42,087 nucleotides of DNA from Bacilli bacterium (GTDB lineage Bacteria > Bacillota_I > Bacilli_A > RF39 > UBA660), in assembly GCA_051893155.1 (NCBI GenBank), contig JBJFGY010000062.1, positions 1 to 42,087 on the forward strand. The letters are read 5' to 3'. A program made the position numbers and the translations under genes. Shown here one piece after another: positions 37,198 through 42,087 of this stretch (position 1 is its first letter; every line of letters starts with the position of its first letter). The notes below the pieces were generated by a model. That model searched no databases and was not told where the DNA came from. It saw only the letters and a program-made list of their open reading frames with translations.

Positions 37198-37962
37198 ATG
37201 TTTGCTAAAAAAAAATATGGTCAAAATTTTTTAATTAATGAAAATATAATTAATGACATAGTTCAATTATTAGATAACATAAAAAAAAATGATTTAATTA
37301 TTGAAATTGGACCAGGTAAAGGTGCTTTAACAAAATATTTAATACATAAACCTTGTAATATTAAGTGTATTGAAATAGATGAAGATATGCATAGATATTT
37401 AGATAAATATGAAAGTGAAAAATGTAATATAATTTATGGGGATATCTTACAAGTTGATTTAAAAAAGTTGATATTTAATTATGATAATATATATGTTATA
37501 GGAAACTTACCTTATTATATTACAACACCAATAATTGATTATTTAATAAAAAATATAAATGCCAAAAAAATGATTTTTATGGTTCAAAAAGAAGTTGCTA
37601 ATCGTTTTACTGCAGAGGCAAATACAAAGGATTATGGTTATTTTACATTATATTTGAAGTATTATTATGATGTTTATAATGAAATATTTGTTTCTAAAAA
37701 TAATTTTAATCCTATACCTAAAGTAGATAGCGAAGTAATTAGTTTAAATATTAGGAAAAATAGACCCAATATAGATGAAGATAAGTATTTTAAATTATTA
37801 AAAGATGCTTTTTTACATAAAAGAAAAACATTAAAAAATAATTTAATAAATTATGATTTTAATAAAATAAAAAATATATTAATTAAATATAAATTAAATG
37901 AAAATGCTAGAGCAGAACAACTTAGCGAAGAAGTTTTTATGGTAATTAGTAAAATTATTTAA
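37198..37962 (+). CDS. rsmA: 16S rRNA (adenine1518/1519-N6)-dimethyltransferase RsmA/KsgA
   Basis: KKYGQNFL, EIGPGKGALT and GNLPYYITTPI motifs. The start is set at ATG 37198 (MFAKKKYGQNFL). Confidence 0.9.
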   Translation: MFAKKKYGQNFLINENIINDIVQLLDNIKKNDLIIEIGPGKGALTKYLIHKPCNIKCIEIDEDMHRYLDKYESEKCNIIYGDILQVDLKKLIFNYDNIYVIGNLPYYITTPIIDYLIKNINAKKMIFMVQKEVANRFTAEANTKDYGYFTLYLKYYYDVYNEIFVSKNNFNPIPKVDSEVISLNIRKNRPNIDEDKYFKLLKDAFLHKRKTLKNNLINYDFNKIKNILIKYKLNENARAEQLSEEVFMVISKII

Positions 37963-38012
37963 CTTATGGTATAATAGTTTTACTTTTTTTATGAAAGGGG
38001 ATATTAATATAT

Positions 38013-38738
38013 ATGTATAAAGTAGTTTTAATAACTGGAGCATCTCGCGGTATAGGAGCAGCATGCGCTATAGTATTTGCTAAAAATGGTTACAATATTA
38101 TTATAAATTATTTAAATAGTGAAAAACAGGCTGTTTCTTTAAAAGAAAATATAATAAATAATTATAATGTAAAGTGTGATATATTTAAATGTGATATTTC
38201 TAAGGAAGAAGAAGTTCTTAAAATGTTGGAGTTTGTAAAAACTAAATATAAACAAATTGATGTTTTAATTAATAATGCTGCAATAAGTAATGATATGTTT
38301 ATTGAAGATAAAAAAACTATTGATTTTAAAAATGTTATAGATGTTAATTTAATAGGCACATACATTGTAACAAAAACATTTGCAAAAATGATGAATAATG
38401 GTTCAATTATTAATATAAGTTCCACAAATGGAATTGATACTTATTATCCCGAAAGTATTGATTATGATGCTTCAAAAGCTGGTATTATATCGCTTACTCA
38501 TAATTTTGCTAAATATTATGCACCAAATATTAGAGTCAATGCTATATGTCCTGGATGGGTTGAGACAGATCAAAATGCATTATTAGATGATTTACAAAGA
38601 AAAGAAATAAAAGATAAAATATTACTTAAAAGGTTTGGTATACCAACTGAAATAGCAAAAGTTATATATTTTATAGCTGTAGAAGCAAGTTATGTTAATA
38701 ATTCAATTATAAGAGTAGATGGTGGAGAGTTATGTTAA
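38013..38738 (+). CDS. Short-chain dehydrogenase/reductase (FabG-like)
   Basis: TGASRGIGAA cofactor motif, NNAA, catalytic YxxxK (YDASKAG) and a PGWVETD region. Confidence 0.85.
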   Translation: MYKVVLITGASRGIGAACAIVFAKNGYNIIINYLNSEKQAVSLKENIINNYNVKCDIFKCDISKEEEVLKMLEFVKTKYKQIDVLINNAAISNDMFIEDKKTIDFKNVIDVNLIGTYIVTKTFAKMMNNGSIINISSTNGIDTYYPESIDYDASKAGIISLTHNFAKYYAPNIRVNAICPGWVETDQNALLDDLQRKEIKDKILLKRFGIPTEIAKVIYFIAVEASYVNNSIIRVDGGELC

Positions 38739-39976
38739 AAATAAATAAAGATGTTTATAAATTATGTGATGAAGCAGAAAATAAATTAAAACCAATTTTT
38801 TCTAAAGTTGATAATATTGCTTTTTTTAATAGTAAAAAAGTATTAGATGTATTTATAGAAAATAATATTTCTGAAAGTGATTTTGTTTTTTCAACAGGTT
38901 ATGGATATAATGATGTAGGTAGAGATAAAATTGAAAAAGTATATGCGAATATTTTTAAAAGTGAAGATGCTTTAGTTAGAAATCAATTTATATCTGGTTC
39001 ACATGCATTAACTGTTACTTTATTTGCACTTTTAAGACCTAATGATATACTTTTAAGTGTTACAGGTAAACCATATGATACACTTGATGAAGTTATTGGG
39101 ATTAAAGATAATGATAGTTCTTTAAAATCATTTAATATAGATTATGAGCAAATTGATTTAATAAATGATGATTTTGATTATGAAAAAATAAAAGAAGTTA
39201 TTACTTCTAAATATTATAAAGTAATTGAAATACAAAGATCAAAAGGTTATTCAACAAGAAAAAGTATATCAATTGAAAAACTTGAAAAAGTAATTAATGT
39301 AATAAAAAAATATAGTCCAGATTCAATAATTATGGTTGATAATTGTTATTGTGAATTTGTAAATGAAAAAGAACCAATAGAAATTGGAGCTGATATTGCA
39401 GTAGGTTCATTAATTAAAAATCTTGGTGGAGGAATTGCCTCAAATGGTGCATATATTGTTGGTAAAGCAAAATTAATAAAATTATGTGCTGAAAGGCTAA
39501 ATCTTCCTGGTGAAGGAAAAGAAGTTGGTCCTTCTTTAGGAGCAAATAAAAGTATTTTACAAGGATTATATTTTGCGCCAAGTGTTGTTAGTAGTGCAAT
39601 AAAAGTTGCAATATTGACAAGTTATTTATTGGAAAAAATTGGTTATGATGTTGAGCCAAAATATAGTGAAAAAAGAGTAGATATTGTTCAAAGTATTATT
39701 TTTAATAATGAAAAAGATTTGGTTAATTATGCTAGAATAATTCAAAATTCAAGTGCTATTGATTCCAATGCATTTATTGAAAAAACTGATATGCCAGGAT
39801 ATAGTGATAAAATTATTATGGCAAGTGGAAGTTTTACACAAGGTTCATCGATTGAATTATCATGTGATGGTCCAATAAAAAAACCATATATTTTATATCA
39901 ACAAGGTTCACTAACATATGAATATGGAAAAATTGCAGTTTTAAATGCTATAAGTTTTTTATTAGATAATAAATAA
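38732..39976 (+). CDS. YnbB/aluminium-resistance family PLP-dependent (Met gamma-lyase-like) protein
   Basis: 414 aa. STGYGYNDVGRDKIEKVYANIFKSEDALVR..FISGSHA is characteristic of this family. Overlaps the SDR stop by 7 nt. Confidence 0.72.
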   Translation: MLKINKDVYKLCDEAENKLKPIFSKVDNIAFFNSKKVLDVFIENNISESDFVFSTGYGYNDVGRDKIEKVYANIFKSEDALVRNQFISGSHALTVTLFALLRPNDILLSVTGKPYDTLDEVIGIKDNDSSLKSFNIDYEQIDLINDDFDYEKIKEVITSKYYKVIEIQRSKGYSTRKSISIEKLEKVINVIKKYSPDSIIMVDNCYCEFVNEKEPIEIGADIAVGSLIKNLGGGIASNGAYIVGKAKLIKLCAERLNLPGEGKEVGPSLGANKSILQGLYFAPSVVSSAIKVAILTSYLLEKIGYDVEPKYSEKRVDIVQSIIFNNEKDLVNYARIIQNSSAIDSNAFIEKTDMPGYSDKIIMASGSFTQGSSIELSCDGPIKKPYILYQQGSLTYEYGKIAVLNAISFLLDNK

Positions 39977-40009
39977 TTTCATTTTTTTTATTTTTTTTCA
40001 TATATTTTA

Positions 40010-40786
40010 TTGGTGATATTATTGAATATTGAAGTAGGTGATTATGTTACAAGAAAATCATATAATAATGATCTTATTTTTAAAGTACTTTCAATTTCAG
40101 AAGATAAAGTATATTTAAAAGGTGTATTTGATAGATTATATGCAGATAGTGATATTTTAGATTTAGTAAAGATAGATAAGTGTGATGATAATTTTACTAT
40201 TGATTTAGATTTAAATAATGATAGAAATAATTATTTTTATTTACCAGGTAAAATTCTTCATATTGATGGTGATAGTGAATATTTAGAAAAATGTTTAAAG
40301 TTTTATAAAAATTTAAAAATATACGCTATAGGAAAAAAAATAAATGAAGATAATATAGCAAATCAATTATTAATATTATTAAAAGAGTTTAAACCAGATA
40401 TTTTAGTTATTACTGGTCATGATGCATATTATTCAAAAAAGGGTAATAAAGATAATATAAATAACTATAAAAATTCTAAAAATTTTGTAAAAGCTATAAA
40501 AGTTGCAAGAAATTATGAAAAAAATCATGAAAAACTTGTTATTATTGCAGGTGCATGTCAAAGTGATTATGAAGCTTTAATTAAAGCAGGAGCAAATTTT
40601 GCATCAAGTCCAAAAAGAGTTAATATTCACGCTTTAGATCCTGCAATAATAGCAAGCACAATTGCGCTTACGAAAACATCTGAAGAAATTAATGTCGTTG
40701 ATTTAATTAATAAAACAAAATATGGTGCTTCAGGGATGGGTGGAATTATAACAAATGGGCTTATGTATGTGGGGTACCCTAGATGA
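40010..40786 (+). CDS. yabG: Sporulation-specific protease YabG
   Basis: N-terminal IEVGDYVTRKSYNNDLIFKV matches YabG QIGDMVARKSYxxDxLF. Also ILVITGHDAY and IIAGACQS motifs. The start is ambiguous: TTG 40010, GTG 40013 or TTG 40022. Confidence 0.8.
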   Translation: MVILLNIEVGDYVTRKSYNNDLIFKVLSISEDKVYLKGVFDRLYADSDILDLVKIDKCDDNFTIDLDLNNDRNNYFYLPGKILHIDGDSEYLEKCLKFYKNLKIYAIGKKINEDNIANQLLILLKEFKPDILVITGHDAYYSKKGNKDNINNYKNSKNFVKAIKVARNYEKNHEKLVIIAGACQSDYEALIKAGANFASSPKRVNIHALDPAIIASTIALTKTSEEINVVDLINKTKYGASGMGGIITNGLMYVGYPR

Positions 40787-40998
40787 ACATTGATTTTGTA
40801 AAAGAAAAGTTGAAAGCTAATATTGGTCAAAAAGTAAGAGTAACTGTATATGGTCTAAGAAATAAAATAAATTATTATGAGGGATATATATATAAACTAT
40901 ATCCAAATATATTTACAATTAAAATAAATAATAAAGAAAAAAGTTTCGCTTATAGGGACATAATTACAAAAGATATAAGTTTAAAATATTTTAATTAA
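40783..40998 (+). CDS. veg: Veg protein
   Basis: 71 aa. KANIGQKVRVTVYGLRNKINYYEGYIYKLYPNIFTI is collinear with B. subtilis Veg. Its ATG overlaps the yabG TGA (ATGA). Confidence 0.8.
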   Translation: MNIDFVKEKLKANIGQKVRVTVYGLRNKINYYEGYIYKLYPNIFTIKINNKEKSFAYRDIITKDISLKYFN

Positions 40999-41014
40999 AA
41001 ATGTACAATTTTAC

Positions 41015-41043
41015 TTGAAATTAATATAATAGTAAGGTAAAAT
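41015..41043 (+). promoter_or_regulatory. Candidate promoter of spoVG
   Basis: TTGAAA (41015-20), a 17 nt spacer, then TAAAAT (41038-43). Confidence 0.35.
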
Positions 41044-41079
41044 AAAATTGTGAATAAGATAAAGGAGTAGTGATAGGGT

Positions 41080-41349
41080 ATGGAAATAACATCAGTAAAA
41101 GTTCACAAAACAGAAAGAGAAGGTTCTAGAATGAAAGGATACGCAACTGTAACATTAGATGATTGTTTTGTTGTAAGAAATATCCGTATTATTGAGGGAG
41201 ATGAAAAACTTTTTATTGCAATGCCTAGTAAAAAGGTAAGTGATGATCGTTATGAAGATATAGCTCATCCAATTAATGCAGAAACAAGAAAAATGTTTGA
41301 AGACAAAATTCTAGAAGAATATAATAATCCTTCATCTGAAGAAGAATAG
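41080..41349 (+). CDS. spoVG: Septation/sporulation regulator SpoVG
   Basis: MEITSVKVHK...MKGYATVTLDDCFVVRNIRIIEG...FIAMPSKK is the highly conserved SpoVG fold. Confidence 0.95.
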   Translation: MEITSVKVHKTEREGSRMKGYATVTLDDCFVVRNIRIIEGDEKLFIAMPSKKVSDDRYEDIAHPINAETRKMFEDKILEEYNNPSSEEE

Positions 41350-41355
41350 TGTTAT

Positions 41356-41378
41356 AAAAAGCGAATATCGCTTTTTTT
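41356..41378 (+). terminator. Intrinsic terminator after spoVG
   Basis: AAAGCGA-ata-TCGCTTT followed by TTTT. Confidence 0.8.
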
Positions 41379-41425
41379 ATGTCTAAAAATAAATGTAACT
41401 CATATAATTTGTTGGAGGATACTAT

Positions 41426-41707
41426 ATGAATGATAAAATTATTGGTGTAACGCATGAATTAAAAATGATTGACAGAAATATTCTTTCTATTACTGGAATA
41501 AAAAAAATAATAAATTTTGATAGTAAAGAATTTATATTGGAAAGTATTATGGGACCTATTCATATAAAGGGAAATGCCATGGAATTACTTTCTTTAGATA
41601 CTGGAAGTGGTCTTATTAAAATTAAAGGTAAAATAGATAGTTATAATTATATTGATAAAAATGTAAAATCTAAAGAAGAAAGTTTTATAAGTAAGCTTTT
41701 TAAATGA
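41426..41707 (+). CDS. yabP: Sporulation protein YabP
   Basis: 93 aa. The pattern HELKMIDRNILSITGIKKIINFDSKEF...GNAMELLSLDTGSGLIKIKGKI is typical of the YabP/YqfC family. Confidence 0.85.
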   Translation: MNDKIIGVTHELKMIDRNILSITGIKKIINFDSKEFILESIMGPIHIKGNAMELLSLDTGSGLIKIKGKIDSYNYIDKNVKSKEESFISKLFK

Positions 41708-42003
41708 CATCATTTAAAATATTATTAATATTATTATTAAATTTTTTATATGGAATATTATTTTTATTTTTATCATTATTAAATTATAAATTATTTTCAA
41801 GCGAAGTTAAAATAATTAAATCAATTATATATATTTTATTTATTTTTGATAATGCAATTATTTATTTAATTATATTATATAAAATTAATAATGGAATATT
41901 TCATATATATTATTTAATTTGTTTTATAATAGGATTTATTTTTGCATATTATATTAAAAATAAAATGTTAAGTTTATGTAAAAAAATAAAAAATAAAAAA
42001 TAG
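41704..42003 (+). CDS. yabQ: Spore cortex biosynthesis membrane protein YabQ-like
   Basis: 99 aa small polytopic membrane protein, overlapping the yabP stop by 4 nt. This is the conserved yabP-yabQ arrangement. Sequence similarity was not judged independently. Confidence 0.55.
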   Translation: MTSFKILLILLLNFLYGILFLFLSLLNYKLFSSEVKIIKSIIYILFIFDNAIIYLIILYKINNGIFHIYYLICFIIGFIFAYYIKNKMLSLCKKIKNKK

Positions 42004-42087
42004 ATTAGTTGACTTTAATTTTCTAAAATACTATCTCAACTTAAACACTTTTTAGAATGCAAAAACTCCCTATGCCTTTATTTATAA

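Noticed and set aside
41030-41060. A sigma-H type promoter for spoVG (AAGGTAAA ... GTGAATAA), by analogy with B. subtilis.
   Set aside because: The spacing between the AGG and GAAT elements is about 13 nt, whereas the consensus implies about 17-18. The match is not distinguishable from background in AT-rich DNA.
221-41455. Other short internal or antisense ORFs in the track: 221-457, 2016-2219, 3660-3914, 7616-7840, 11207-11425, 12659-12853, 24515-24727, 31455-31751, 34548-34832, 38162-38425, 40627-40830 and 41273-41455.
   Set aside because: Each is nested within a confidently identified conserved gene, either in another frame or on the other strand. Each has a low-complexity translation and no RBS.
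1-42087. Alternative genetic code (TGA read as Trp), suggested by the Mollicutes-like base composition and the small SRP RNA.
   Set aside because: TGA cleanly terminates conserved genes at their expected ends (gyrA, yabG, the ComK-like gene). All conserved Trp positions that I inspected use TGG.

Overview
This window is the replication-origin (oriC) region of a very AT-rich, endospore-forming Firmicute (Bacillota) chromosome. It uses the standard genetic code: TGA terminates gyrA, yabG and the ComK-like gene, and Trp is encoded by TGG.

Gene orientation flips at about 14.5 kb. To the left, almost everything is on the minus strand: mntP, spoIIR, prmC, prfA, rpoE, argS, a Noc/ParB-family gene, rsmG, mnmG, mnmE, jag, yidC, rnpA and rpmH. 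A class A PBP is the only plus-strand gene there. To the right, everything is on the plus strand:
- dnaA, dnaN, a ComK-family gene, recF, gyrB, gyrA
- SRP RNA, tadA, dnaX, ybaB, recR, bofA, holB, ricT, a yabB-like methyltransferase
- pth, mfd, spoVT, then a T-box leader followed by dut, metG, tatD
- a 3D-domain protein, rsmA, an SDR, a YnbB-like PLP enzyme
- yabG, veg, spoVG, yabP, yabQ

DnaA-box clusters flank dnaA on both sides, giving a bipartite oriC. I see no rRNA or tRNA genes, IS elements, prophage, CRISPR array or recognisable defence or toxin genes. This is compact core genome, essentially a condensed version of the Bacillus subtilis 0-70 kb and 4.2 Mb origin-flanking synteny. I cannot honestly point to a clearly novel multi-gene system.

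The items most worth a second look are:
1. Three perfect parS palindromes packed into 160 bp right after gyrA.
2. A lone Noc-position ParB-family protein with mixed Noc/ParB specificity residues, an Asn-rich insert of about 170 aa, and no adjacent ParA.
3. A truncated ComK-family gene sitting between dnaN and recF.
4. A minimal 77-nt SRP RNA in a spore-former.
5. A Met-type T-box in front of dut-metG whose expression platform looks non-canonical.

All calls are by-eye motif recognition and by-eye alignment to remembered reference proteins. Start codons were adjusted from the ORF track where RBS spacing or homolog N-termini argued for it.
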